Assembly (NCBI RefSeq): GCF_001194135.2
Contig: NC_068990.1
Coordinates: 85,631,620-85,678,703 of the forward strand
Length of the DNA stretch: 47,084 nt
Reading direction: 5' to 3'
Source of the DNA: Octopus bimaculoides
Taxonomy: Eukaryota
How positions within the stretch are numbered: position 1 is the stretch's first letter; each line of letters opens with the position of its first letter. The notes beneath the pieces are model-generated. The model was given only the letters and a program-made list of their open reading frames with translations, had not been told where the DNA came from and made no database searches. Shown one piece after another: positions 1 to 11,395 of the stretch. The position numbers and the translations under genes were made by a program.

Positions 1-7
1 AAGGATG

Positions 8-60
<53 letters not shown>

Positions 61-65
<5 letters not shown>

Positions 66-135
66 TCACTGCTTGGAATTGAACTCGGAATCTTGGGGTT
101 AGTAACCCACGTTCTTAACCACTATGCTATATGCC
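61..135 (-). mobile_element. tRNA-like SINE head / tRNA retropseudogene followed by an (AAT)n tail
   Basis: Minus strand GGCATATAGCATAGTGGTTAAG...GAGTTCAATTCC has A- and B-box-like motifs. The acceptor stem does not pair. The microsatellite at 9-60 forms the tail. Confidence 0.7.
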
Positions 136-478
136 TGTGGGCATAGTGGTTAAGAGCACGGGCTTAACTATGCGCCTAGGATATAACTGATTTAAACCGA
201 TCCCATTATTTGCTTATCAAATTAAGTCCCTTCTCCACCCTATAAAGACAAAAGGGTTAGCCTGGGCAGGATTCAAACATAGAACATTACAGAAGAACCA
301 ACATCATTATAAATCATTGCTAATGCATTTAATTTGACCTCTCAACTGTGCAATGACCTTTCCACTCTCTGAGTCATCTGATTAAGATCAGTCATTCTTT
401 GATATTTGTCTATATTATAGTCATAGCAACAATAATATTATTGTTTACATGTTATGTCTTTGGTGACAACCTAGTTAC

Positions 479-530
479 AGGAAGAAACTAGCAATTTCAC
501 TGTCAGTTTGCTTCCAAGCAGTCTGAATTC
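479..530 (-). CDS. Candidate downstream exon (52 nt): (G)IQTAWKQTDSEIASFF
   Basis: Acceptor CTATACCATTTTAG|, weak donor CT|GTAACT. Phase-compatible with 7342-7397. Confidence 0.18.
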
Positions 531-749
531 CTAAAATGGTATAGCAATGACACAAATGTTCCATATGATCATCGTTTGTTTGTGAAATGGACAGAGGAAG
601 AGATCTGCCCCACAGCTATTAAATTCATGCTATTAACTATATGCAATTGTATAACATCTGTGTCCTAAGGCAGTGAATACACAGAAAAATTATAAAAATA
701 ATGGCAATTATTTTTGTTGCTATTATTATTATTATTATTATTATTACTA

Positions 750-965
750 AAGGCAGTGAGCTAACAGAATTGTTAGCACATCAGGCAAAACACTTAGCAG
801 TATTTCGTCCTTCTTTATGTTCTGGGTTCAAATTCTGTTGAGGTTGGCTTTGCTTCTCATCTTTTCGGGGTCAATAAAATAAGTACCAGTTAATCTCAGG
901 GACCAATATGAACAGCTTACCACCTTTCCTGAAATTGCCAGCCTTCTGTGAAAATTTGAAGCCCT
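750..965 (+). mobile_element. SINE family A (GGCGGCGAGCTGGCAGAA... head; GAGGTCGACTTTGCCTTTCATCCTTTCGGGGTCGATAAA core), diverged
   Basis: Colinear with copies at 23186, 24013 and 44044. Confidence 0.75.
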
Positions 966-1330
966 TATTATTTCCTCCGCCTTAGCAAAAGTAGAGGTAT
1001 TGTTTTCAGTTGTGTTTGTTTGTTTGTCCATGGACAAGATGTTTCAAGAACCGCTGGATGGATTCAGATGAAACTTTCAGGGATGTTTGGCCTCGTGACT
1101 GGCACAAAGTGATTAGATTTTGGAATTGATCTGGTACCAGACAAGGATTCTGGATTATGTTTCCTGTTGTTTTACTTAATTTTTGAGAGTAGTTGGGTTC
1201 ATTTTTAGTATTCTCGATTGTGAGAGCAGTCAAGTTTATTTCAGATATCCTCGTTTTAAAAATCATCTCTGGCTAATCATTGAGAGGACGTTGGTGTTGC
1301 CTTAGCGGAGGTTTGCGCTCTCTGGGTGCT
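966..1330 (+). mobile_element. Probable Helentron-associated non-autonomous element (HINE/DINE-1-like architecture)
   Basis: 5' CCTCCGCC (974-981) with a nearby partial inverted copy GTAGAGG (991-997), (GTTT)n microsatellite, 3' inverted AGCGGAGG (1304-1311), and a terminal stem-loop GCGCTC-TCT-GGGTGC (1315-1329). Confidence 0.5.
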
Positions 1331-1411
1331 CGCACTGGGTTTGATGTAATCAACTAGCTCCCTTTCCACCAAAATTTTCAAGGCCTTGTGTCTAGAGTAA
1401 AAATAATTATT
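1331..1411 (+). mobile_element. SINE family A 3' fragment
   Basis: CGCACTGGGTTTGATGTAATCAAC...GGCCTTGTGTCTAGAGTA matches the 3' half of other A copies. Confidence 0.65.
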
Positions 1412-1540
1412 TTCACCATCATGCCTCACATTTTGAATACTTCAATTGCGAGGTCTTTGTACTTTGACAATTTCTCCACTTTTTGGGGGGAAATATTTTT
1501 TTTGCCAGTTGAGTAGACTGGAGCAAAAGGACACAACTGA

Positions 1541-1603
1541 CCACTGAGAACTGAACCCACAACCTTACAATCAGGAGCTGAATACCCTAACCACTAAGCT
1601 ACA
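1541..1603 (-). mobile_element. Isolated tRNA-derived SINE head
   Basis: Reverse complement TAGCTTAGTGGTTAGGGTATTCAG...GGGTTCAGTTCT has A/B boxes. Confidence 0.55.
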
Positions 1604-2092
1604 TATCTTCACAAACTCTCAGTAGTAGTTATTAAATATTAAAGGCAAAATATTTCCAATATTTTATTAAAAAATTTAATTTCATGCATGGAATAGAATT
1701 TGCAATTCTGTAAATGACTAAAATTTTTATGTGAGACAGTCACGAAAGCCGCTACCTTTCAACTTCGGTGTTTATATCATGGATGAAGATGTTAAATGGT
1801 GTAATGCAAGTTCAGCTTTGAAATATTATGCTATGAAAGCAAAGACTATTTGGCTTTTACTTCTACATTATACAGGCCATTAGAGAGTGAAGAGCTTTTG
1901 TAAGTATTTTATTCTGACAATTACACTTAAGTTTTCGAGACCCATTTTATTTATATGAACATATAAAAGAGTAATTCTGAATATATATGTTACATACATG
2001 CTTTTTTGCTTTTGTCATAAATGACAGATGAGGGTTTTTCAGTTTTCTTTCTGAAAAAAACTATGCCGTTGATTTGTTTATTGTGATCATAT

Positions 2093-2301
2093 ATTTGCGC
2101 TGTGCATCAGCTCATTCTCTCTATCAAATCAATATTGCCTGTACAGGTGCAAAATCTGCCACATGTCAAATATCAAAGTTACTGCAGAGCAAGGTGAAAT
2201 CAGGTGTTTTGCCAAGGAACACAATGCACTGCCTTGTTCAAGAATCAAAACCACGATCTAGTGACCGTGACTCCAATACCCTGATTTCTAGGCCAGGCAC
2301 C
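2093..2301 (-). mobile_element. SINE family C2 copy
   Basis: Reverse complement aligns with 10936-11152. Confidence 0.65.
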
Positions 2302-3146
2302 TGAATGAATATTATACATGCATAGGCCACTAGTGGTGAATTTTCAAAAAAATTTACCACCCTATATATATTTTACATATATATATATATATATATATAT
2401 ANNNNNNNNNNNNNNNNNNNNNNNNNNNNNNNNNNNNNNNNNNNNNNNNNNNNNNNNNNNNNNNNNNNNNNNNNNNNNNNNNNNNNNNNNNNNNNNNNNN
2501 NNNNNNNNNNNNNNNNNNNNNNNNNNNNNNNNNNNNNNNNNNNNNNNNNNNNNNNNNNNNNNNNNNNNNNNNNNNNNNNNNNNNNNNNNNNNNNNNNNNN
2601 NNNNNNNNNNNNNNNNNNNNNNNNNNNNNNNNNNNNNNNNNNNNNNNNNNNNNNNNNNNNNNNNNNNNNNNNNNNNNNNNNNNNNNNNNNNNNNNNNNNN
2701 NNNNNNNNNNNNNNNNNNNNNNNNNNNNNNNNNNNNNNNNNNNNNNNNNNNNNNNNNNNNNNNNNNNNNNNNNNNNNNNNNNNNNNNNNNNNNNNNNNNN
2801 NNNNNNNNNNNNNNNNNNNNNNNNNNNNNNNNNNNNNNNNNNNNNNNNNNNNNNNNNNNNNNNNNNNNNNNNNNNNNNNNNNNNNNNNNNNNNNNNNNNN
2901 NNNNNNNNNNNNNNNNNNNNNNNNNNNNNNNNNNNNNNNNNNNNNNNNNNNNNNNNNNNNNNNNNNNNNNNNNNNNNNNNNNNNNNNNNNNNNNNNNNNN
3001 NNNNNNNNNNNNNNNNNNNNNNNNNNNNNNNNNNNNNNNNNNNNNNNNNNNNNNNNNNNNNNNNNNNNNNNNNNNNNNNNNNNNNNNNNNNNNNNNNNNN
3101 NNNNNNNNNNNNNNNNNNNNNNNNNNNNNNNNNNNNNNNNNNNNNN

Positions 3147-3183
<37 letters not shown>

Positions 3184-3189
3184 TTGTGT

Positions 3190-3386
3190 CTCTGTGTTTG
3201 TCCCCCCACCATCGCTTGACAACCGATGCTGGTGTGTTTACGTCCCCGTAACTTAGCAGTTCAGCAAAAGAGACCGATAGAATAAGTACTAGGCTTACAA
3301 AGAATAAGTCCTGGGGTCGATTTGTTCGACTAAAGGCAGTGTTCCAGCATGGCCGCAGTCAAATGACTGAAACGAATAAAAGAATA
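3190..3386 (+). mobile_element. SINE family B 3' half (5' part probably lost in the gap)
   Basis: CCATCGCTTGACAACCGATGCTGGTGTGTTTACGTCCCCGTAACTTAGC...GAGACCGATAGAATAAGTACTAGGCTTAC recurs about 9 times in the window. Confidence 0.85.
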
Positions 3387-3710
3387 CATGCATATATACA
3401 CATATATAAATTTGTGCATCCATATATAAATACATGTGTGTATTTACATATGTATGCATAAACGCCCATCACTGTAGTTGGCATAACGAAGATCACTTAA
3501 GCATAAAAGAAAAACATACACTTCAGGTGTCTCAGGCTACATTTTCCTGAAATAAAATCACACCTGTTAATTAAGTTCCGAGAAATGCACTGACATTCTA
3601 TGAAGTGCACATCATGCGATCCCTAATTCTGAAGGGCTGAAGCACTGAGGCATGTAAGCTTGTGAGAACATATGTCGGAATGTTGTTGGAGATGAGAGGA
3701 GTGGGATTAT

Positions 3711-4010
3711 AGGCGCAGGAGTGGCTGTGTGGTAAGTAGCTTGCTTACCAACCACATGGTTCCGGGTTCAGTCCCACTGTGTGGCACCTTGGGCAAGTGT
3801 TTTCTACTATAGCCTCAAGCCGACCAAAGCCTTGTAAGTGGATCTGGTTGATGAAAACTGAAAGAAGCCCGTCGTATATATGTGTGTGTCTATGTTTGTG
3901 TCCCCCCCACTACCATCGCTTGACAACCGATGTTGGTGTGTTCACGTCCTCATAACAAGAGACCGATAGAATAAGTACTAGGCTTACAAAGAATAAGTCC
4001 TGGAGTTGAT
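3711..4010 (+). mobile_element. SINE family B (tRNA head, CORE-like CCTTGGGCAAGT segment, internal TA/TG microsatellite)
   Basis: GGCGCAGGAGTGGCTGTGTGGTAAG...GGTTCAGTCCC head; colinear with 8640 and 39738. Confidence 0.85.
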
Positions 4011-4892
4011 NNNNNNNNNNNNNNNNNNNNNNNNNNNNNNNNNNNNNNNNNNNNNNNNNNNNNNNNNNNNNNNNNNNNNNNNNNNNNNNNNNNNNNNNNN
4101 NNNNNNNNNNNNNNNNNNNNNNNNNNNNNNNNNNNNNNNNNNNNNNNNNNNNNNNNNNNNNNNNNNNNNNNNNNNNNNNNNNNNNNNNNNNNNNNNNNNN
4201 NNNNNNNNNNNNNNNNNNNNNNNNNNNNNNNNNNNNNNNNNNNNNNNNNNNNNNNNNNNNNNNNNNNNNNNNNNNNNNNNNNNNNNNNNNNNNNNNNNNN
4301 NNNNNNNNNNNNNNNNNNNNNNNNNNNNNNNNNNNNNNNNNNNNNNNNNNNNNNNNNNNNNNNNNNNNNNNNNNNNNNNNNNNNNNNNNNNNNNNNNNNN
4401 NNNNNNNNNNNNNNNNNNNNNNNNNNNNNNNNNNNNNNNNNNNNNNNNNNNNNNNNNNNNNNNNNNNNNNNNNNNNNNNNNNNNNNNNNNNNNNNNNNNN
4501 NNNNNNNNNNNNNNNNNNNNNNNNNNNNNNNNNNNNNNNNNNNNNNNNNNNNNNNNNNNNNNNNNNNNNNNNNNNNNNNNNNNNNNNNNNNNNNNNNNNN
4601 NNNNNNNNNNNNNNNNNNNNNNNNNNNNNNNNNNNNNNNNNNNNNNNNNNNNNNNNNNNNNNNNNNNNNNNNNNNNNNNNNNNNNNNNNNNNNNNNNNNN
4701 NNNNNNNNNNNNNNNNNNNNNNNNNNNNNNNNNNNNNNNNNNNNNNNNNNNNNNNNNNNNNNNNNNNNNNNNNNNNNNNNNNNNNNNNNNNNNNNNNNNN
4801 NNNNNNNNNNNNNNNNNNNNNNNNNNNNNNNNNNNNNNNNNNNNNNNNNNNNNNNNNNNNNNNNNNNNNNNNNNNNNNNNNNNNNNNNNNNN

Positions 4893-4946
<54 letters not shown>

Positions 4947-6143
4947 GTACATATAGGGTTGACTTAAATATTCTTTCTTGCTGGTTCGGGAGGCTTGCGT
5001 AGCAAGACATTTAATGGTGTGTGGATGTAGAAAGTGCTAATACTACATTTACATATACTTTCTCAGTCACATACACACACACTCACACACATACACACTA
5101 GCTCTTTCTGGTTGTTACACACACATCACACAAACCAGCTGCCAAAACTTAACCCATAGATATCCACATAAGCATTTGTATACTGTTCTGCTATGTATAT
5201 CTATAAATTTTCCATCAATACTAGAAATATATATATGTATATATATATATGTGTATATATNNNNNNNNNNNNNNNNNNNNNNNNNNNNNNNNNNNNNNNN
5301 NNNNNNNNNNNNNNNNNNNNNNNNNNNNNNNNNNNNNNNNNNNNNNNNNNNNNNNNNNNNNNNNNNNNNNNNNNNNNNNNNNNNNNNNNNNNNNNNNNNN
5401 NNNNNNNNNNNNNNNNNNNNNNNNNNNNNNNNNNNNNNNNNNNNNNNNNNNNNNNNNNNNNNNNNNNNNNNNNNNNNNNNNNNNNNNNNNNNNNNNNNNN
5501 NNNNNNNNNNNNNNNNNNNNNNNNNNNNNNNNNNNNNNNNNNNNNNNNNNNNNNNNNNNNNNNNNNNNNNNNNNNNNNNNNNNNNNNNNNNNNNNCAATG
5601 CATAAATCGTAATTTTTTTAAAAGAGCAATGAATTCTGGGTGATTAGAATATAACGTAGCATGAATTTAGGAAGCTTAGAAAATGAATAAGCATGAATTT
5701 AAGACAACAACTGAATTCAATTGAATTTCATGGAGAGAAACAAGAAAGCGCAAGGTATTGAGATGTTTGAGGCCGTAAATAAATAAATATATATTTATAT
5801 ATATATATTTATATATATATATATATACACATATATAAATTATATATATATATGTGTATATATGTGTATATATATATATGTGTGTGTGTGTATGTATATA
5901 TGTATGTATATATACAGGTAAATCAAAACTAAACAGAGGAAAAACAGCAAAAGTCAAGAGGACATTTGCAGTGAATGTATTAAAATGACACTGAGAGAAA
6001 GTTGAAAAATGGTTTTCCCATTTTAAACTTTCTCTCGGCGTCATGGGTGCGATGTTTCAAGCATGGCTCTTTGTCAGAAAGAGGAAAAAGGGAAAAGTCC
6101 AGAGAATAGGAAAAGAATAGGAAAAGAAAAGCACATGTTCCAA

Positions 6144-6410
6144 CACTGACACCTGATCCAACACTAAATATTTTCTCCGTCCTTCTTCCCCAGACCTGCA
6201 ACCTTCTTGGAAACCTCACCTCGCTTCTCTGTACTCTTTCACCACAACTTTCTCTCACTCTTTCTTCCTGTTTCTGTTTTCCCTGTATTTCAGAGGGCCA
6301 GCCTTGTCCCACTCTGCGTCACACTGAATCTCCCCAAGAACTACGTTAAGGGTACATGTGTCTGTGGAGTGCTCAGCCAGCCACTTGCACGCTAATTTCA
6401 CGAGCAGGCT
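6144..6410 (+). mobile_element. Composite retroposon fragment (family H internal block plus a SINE tail)
   Basis: 6230-6274 matches the reverse complement of 39475-39519 at 43/45 nt. The tail GGAGTGCTCAGCC...TTTCACGAGCAGGCTGTTC also occurs inverted at 7472-7568. Confidence 0.65.
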
Positions 6411-6807
6411 GTTCTGTTACATGGTTGAAAAAAATATATATATATTTAGTCAGACATAAGCACCTCTGTATCTATAGACATTTTATAGTGAATACTGTAT
6501 ATAAAGAAAGACACAGATACAAATATCTCAACTTGATATACAATATCAGTGCCACTTTGGCATGCAATCTACCTGCTATTTACACTCTAGTTTGCAATTT
6601 AACCCTTGCTTTAAACTCTAGCTCTAATTTCAACCCAGGTCAGGTCATTTTACAGTAGGCTGCACACTAAAGTAGCACCACAATATATTTCCTAACAGAG
6701 GAAGTAACATTACACAGCTGGTTCACTCTTGTGTAGCGATTTCCTTAATAACTGAATACCTGATGTAACTATCCACACAGCTATTGTTTATAAATGTACT
6801 ATGACTA

Positions 6808-7145
6808 AGTGTAAGGACCCCTACTTCAGTCGCAAATGACTGTGGGATTGTACTTACAAAGTTCCCCTCTGAAGGACAAGTCCAGGCAAGGTTGTTTATG
6901 GAAGACCAGCAGTCACCCATGCCTACCAGTCTCTCCTCTCCACTCCACTGATGTTATCCAAGGGAAAGGCTGATACAGCTTGGCACCAGTAATATTGCAA
7001 CTCATTTCTACAACTGAATGAAATGGAACAGTGTAAAATAAAAGTGTCTTGCTCAAGAACAGAGCAGACAGTCCGGTTCAGGAACCAAACTCCCAACCTC
7101 ACACTTGTAAACCTTATGCTCTAAGCACTGAGCCATGTGCCTTCA
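6808..7145 (-). mobile_element. SINE family C copy
   Basis: Reverse complement aligns with 10518-10856. Confidence 0.75.
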
Positions 7146-7341
7146 CTCTATGACTAAGAGCTTAATTAAACCGAATAGACCAATTTGCATATGGAACATG
7201 TTCTTAGCAGCTTGTTTGAGTAATAAATTACCAGTGTATTAATAGTGCTGTGTTTCAATAAAAATATTGCATTGCAAAATATATTGACATATTTGTAGTC
7301 AGCACAGATGTTGCAAATCGGTGTATCCAATTTGTTTATAC

Positions 7342-7397
7342 CTTTAAAGGGTTGAGAAGTAGTGTCTCCATGAATAGTCAAAGTGGTAACTTGGTTG
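7342..7397 (-). CDS. Candidate downstream exon (56 nt): NQVTTLTIHGDTTSQPFK(G)
   Basis: Acceptor TTTCAATTTCAG|, donor AAG|GTATAA. Phase 2 in and 1 out, so it needs an unseen phase 1-to-2 exon upstream, possibly in a gap. Confidence 0.25.
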
Positions 7398-7471
7398 CTG
7401 AAATTGAAACTGAAGGTTGAAACCAGTTTGGTTGATTTTGGCTAATCTCACATTTTCCATTCATGAAGGTT

Positions 7472-7568
7472 TGTTGGCACTCCGTTGCTTACGAAGTCGA
7501 GGGTTCCAATTGATCCGATCAACGGAACAGCCTGCTCGTGAAATTAACGTGCAAGTGGCTGAGTACTC
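7472..7568 (-). mobile_element. Inverted SINE 3' tail fused to the duplicated composite fragment
   Basis: Its reverse complement begins TGGAGTACTCAGCCACTTGCACGTTAATTTCACGAGCAGGCTGTTC, matching 6365-6410. Confidence 0.75.
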
Positions 7569-7811
7569 CACTGACACCTGATCCAACACTAAATATTTTC
7601 TCCGTCCTTCTTCCCCAGACCTGCAACCTTCTTGGAAACCTCACCTCGCTTCTCTGTACTCTTTCACCACAACTTTCTCTCACTCTTTCTTCCTGTTTCT
7701 GTTTTCCCTGTATTTCAAAGGGCCAGCCTTGTCCCACTCTGCGTCACACTGAATCTCCCCAAGAACTACGTTAAGGGTACATGTGTCTGTGGAGTGCTCA
7801 GCCAGCCACTT
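7569..7811 (+). repeat. Near-identical copy of 6144-6386
   Basis: 243 bp with one mismatch by manual comparison; ends at an assembly gap. Confidence 0.9.
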
Positions 7812-8639
7812 NNNNNNNNNNNNNNNNNNNNNNNNNNNNNNNNNNNNNNNNNNNNNNNNNNNNNNNNNNNNNNNNNNNNNNNNNNNNNNNNNNNNNNNNN
7901 NNNNNNNNNNNNNNNNNNNNNNNNNNNNNNNNNNNNNNNNNNNNNNNNNNNNNNNNNNNNNNNNNNNNNNNNNNNNNNNNNNNNNNNNNNNNNNNNNNNN
8001 NNNNNNNTATATATATATATATATATGCATACATACATATATATGGCATGATGGTGATGGCAGAATTGATGTGAAGAATCAATTAATACAGAACACCTGG
8101 AGATAGCAGTAACAGGTAACATATGTATTCCCAGGTGAATATCACTTAATAATACACTATTTTACGTGATGCATTTTCGTATGGAAATTCTTGCTAGTTT
8201 TTTGGTGTTTTCAATTCAGAACTGCATTTGCAAGATATCTAGGCTTCCAACTGAACAAGTGAAACGTTAAAGTGAAATTAGATTGAAATTAAATATTTGT
8301 ATTGACATTGAAGTTTTTAATAAATTGAATTAAATAATAAGAACATAGTAATGTCATGTTCTCACAATGCATCAGAACATGGATACCTATATGTGTGTGT
8401 GTTTATCAGTCTGTCTATCTATCTAACTATTTGTGTATGTGTATTGTACATATGCATACACATATGCACAAATATGTACATATTCAATATTTCTATGTAT
8501 TATAAGCAACATCATGTGTAAACATTTATCATAATTGTTTATAAGCAATTTTGGAAAAACAACTTCAAGGTAACAGAAGCAGAAAAATTATTTATATGTA
8601 TATATATAGAGAGAGAGAAAGAGAGAGAGAGACAGAGAG

Positions 8640-9000
8640 ACAGGTGCAGGAGTGGCTGTGTGGTAAATAGCTTGCTTACCAACCAGATGGTTCCAGGTTC
8701 AGTCCCACTGTGTGGCATCTTGGGCAAGTATCTTCTACTCTAGCTTCGGGCCAACCAAAGCCTTTTGAATGGATTTGGTAGACAGAAACTGAAATGTGTG
8801 TGTTTGTGTGTCTGTGTTTGTCCTCCCCAGCATCACTTGACATCTGATGCTGATGTGTTTATGTCTCCATAACTTAGCAGTTCGGCAAAAGAGACCGACC
8901 GATAGGATAAGTACTAGGCTTATAAAGAATAAGTCCTGGGGTCGATTTGCTCGACTAAAGGCGGTGCTCCAGTATGGCCACAGTCAAATGACTGGAAATA
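8640..9000 (+). mobile_element. SINE family B, near full length
   Basis: Head, CORE-like segment and 3' part are colinear with other B copies. Confidence 0.85.
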
Positions 9001-9044
9001 CACTGGAACATCGTTATCATCATCATCACCATCTTCATCATCAT

Positions 9045-9192
9045 TTAATATCTGTTGTCCATGCTGGCATAGGCTGGATGGTGTGACCAGGGCTGGCATG
9101 CTAGGGGGTGGGGAGTGCACCAGACACCAGTCTGATTTGGCTTGGTTTCTATGGCTGGATGCCCTATCCTAATACCCACCACTTTACAGGGT
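9045..9192 (-). mobile_element. Dispersed repeat family E (GGTTGGCATTAGGAAGGGCATCCAGC motif, (GAT)n tail)
   Basis: Reverse complement matches 11168-11395. Confidence 0.65.
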
Positions 9193-10517
9193 GCAGTTCT
9201 GTTATACTTCTGAACTATTTCACACAAACTGCAAGCATTTTGTATCAACATTAATCTCCATTCATCAGTCTTTCTTCCTCGGCCAGTCTGTCTCTCCGAC
9301 TCTCTTTTCTTCTTCCTCTCCATTTATCTCTCTTTATTTCTCTCTCCTCTCTAAGTTTCTCCTGCCTTGTCTGTTTGCCTCTGTCTCCTTTTCCCAGTCT
9401 GTCTATCTCTCTACCTCCCGCCACTCTCTTCCTCTTTATTTGTGCATATGCTTCTTTCTCACTTTCCCCTTGTTTCTCTCTCTCACTCTCTCTTTCTGCT
9501 TTTCTCTCTATTTTCCTCTCCCCTTGTATCGCTCCTGCCTTCTCTCTTTCTCTAAGAGCGAACTTAACCAGCTGGGTCATGCTGGCATCGGTAAAACAGA
9601 AACAGAGAAAGTGAGAGTGGTCCTTGCTAGTCTTATTGATACAGACAAACCTTGTACAACATTTCTGTTCATTAAATTTTTCATCAATATACAGCTAATT
9701 AACCGAACATCAAACAATAACTCTGTTTATTTCTTTCTTGTGCATGTGTGTGTGTATGTGTGTGTAGCAAACCATTTACACACATGTATGTTATGCACTT
9801 AAGTATTATTTTGTGTATATATGCGTAGAAGAAAAGGGAAGGCTTGACTCCCGTACTTCTTAAACATCATCCTACACACACCAACCGCTGTCATCTCAAA
9901 CTCCCCACTATCACCCACCTTATTTTTACAACCCCACCACCCTCACCATCACCCCCTGGACCCTCTTACTTTTCCAACATCAACACCTTCACCCCTGCCT
10001 TACTTTTCCAACATCACCTCCTCATCACCAAACTGTTCCCTTGCTTGGCATTTCATAACTTTCTCCTTCCCTTCTTTTCCTCATCCTTTGTTCTTCTCTA
10101 CCTGGCACTCAGCCTGCCCTATTTTAAATTCAAATTCAATTAGGACATCAAAAACATATAGTAGAATATTACATAAAGGAAAACAGTTAATGATAATTAT
10201 TTTTAATTAGGAAAAATAGACAGAAAGACAGACAGAGAGAGAGAGGTGGGAGAGAGAGCAGTCTGTCAGTTTTACTCCTAATGACCATCTGCTTAATGAA
10301 TTATGGAAGAATTATCAATAATTGCAGAATATCAATGCAAAGACGAAATCGTGTGTATTCACCCATTGCAACTATTAAGACCCTTTCACAGTCGAGACTT
10401 TCACTGACCTCCTGTTATATATATGCTTCTTTATGCATTTGTTTTTCTCAATATGTTGTATTAATATCGAAATGTCATTATCTGACTCAATACCTGTTTT
10501 CTGCCTGTCTATATTGT

Positions 10518-10856
10518 GAAGGTGTATGGCTCAGTAGTTAGAGCGTCGAGCTTACGATCATGAGATTGTGAGTTTGAATCGCGGACCGTGCTGTATATTG
10601 TGTTCTTGAGCAAGACACTTTATTTCACGTTGCTCCAGTTCACTCAGCTGTAGAAATGAGTTGCGACGTCACAGGTGCCAAGCTGTATCGGCCCCTTTGC
10701 CTTTCCCTTGGATAACAATGGTGGCATGGAGAGGGGAGACCAGTATGCATGGGTGACTGCTGGTCTTCCATAAAACAACCTTGCCCGGACTTGTGCTTGG
10801 GAGGGTAACTTTCTAGGTGCAAATCCTCTGGTCAGTCATGACCGAAGGGGGTCTCA
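10518..10856 (+). mobile_element. SINE family C (tRNA head, CTTGAGCAAGACACTTTATTTCAC segment)
   Basis: A box TGGCTCAGTAGTTAG and B-box-like GAGTTTGAATCGC; inverted copy at 6808-7145. Confidence 0.8.
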
Positions 10857-10899
10857 ACAGCAGCCTGTCTATACTTTTGTTCAGTTATACACACACACG

Positions 10900-10935
<36 letters not shown>

Positions 10936-11152
10936 GTTAAGGTGCATGGCCTAGTGGTTAGGGTGTTGCACTCACGATCTGGTGATTGTGATTTCAGTTC
11001 CTGGGCAGGGTGGTGTGTTGTGTTCTTGAGCAAAACACTTCATCTTATGTTGCTCTGTGATCACTTTGACATCTGACATTGTGGCACACAGTGCCTCTGT
11101 TCAGACAACGTTGATTTGATGGAGAGGGTAAGCTAATGTGTGGCACGAACAT
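10936..11152 (+). mobile_element. SINE family C2 (C-type head, different 3' body)
   Basis: GGTGCATGGCCTAGTGGTTAGGG head; inverted copy at 2093-2301. Confidence 0.75.
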
Positions 11153-11167
11153 TAGAAAACACCATTT

Positions 11168-11395
11168 GAGCGTGGCCGTTGTCAGTACCGCCTGACTGGC
11201 CCTCATGCCGGTGGCATGTAAAAAGCACCCACTACACTCTCGGAGTGGTTGGTGTTAGGAAGGGCATCCAGCTGTAGAAACTCTGCCAAATCAGATTGGA
11301 GCCTGGTGTAGCCATCCACTTCGCCAGTCCCCAGTCAAATCGTCCAACCCATGCTAGCATGGAAAGCAGACATTAAATGATGCTGATGATGATAA
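11168..11395 (+). mobile_element. Dispersed repeat family E
   Basis: GGTTGGTGTTAGGAAGGGCATCCAGCTGTAGAAAC...CCATGCTAGCATGGAAAGCAGACATTAAA(TGA)n; six related copies in the window. Confidence 0.75.

Noticed and set aside
61-135. Possible tRNA gene (anticodon loop TTACTAA)
   Set aside because: The acceptor stem does not pair, the anticodon stem is broken and a microsatellite tail follows directly, so it is a SINE or pseudogene.
507-668. Plus-strand frame FASKQSEFLKWYSND...
   Set aside because: No usable donor and no recognisable family; it overlaps a competing minus-strand candidate.
828-1266. ORFs 828-1037 and 1006-1266 with protein-like composition
   Set aside because: They lie on SINE-A and the HINE-like element; no recognisable domain.
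1740-1899. Plus-strand SRKPLPFNFGVYIMDEDVKW joined to PLESEEL
   Set aside because: Joining needs a very poor donor (TG|GTGTAA); no family recognised.
9191-9802. 203-aa ORF rich in S/L/F
   Set aside because: Translation of a CT-rich low-complexity tract.
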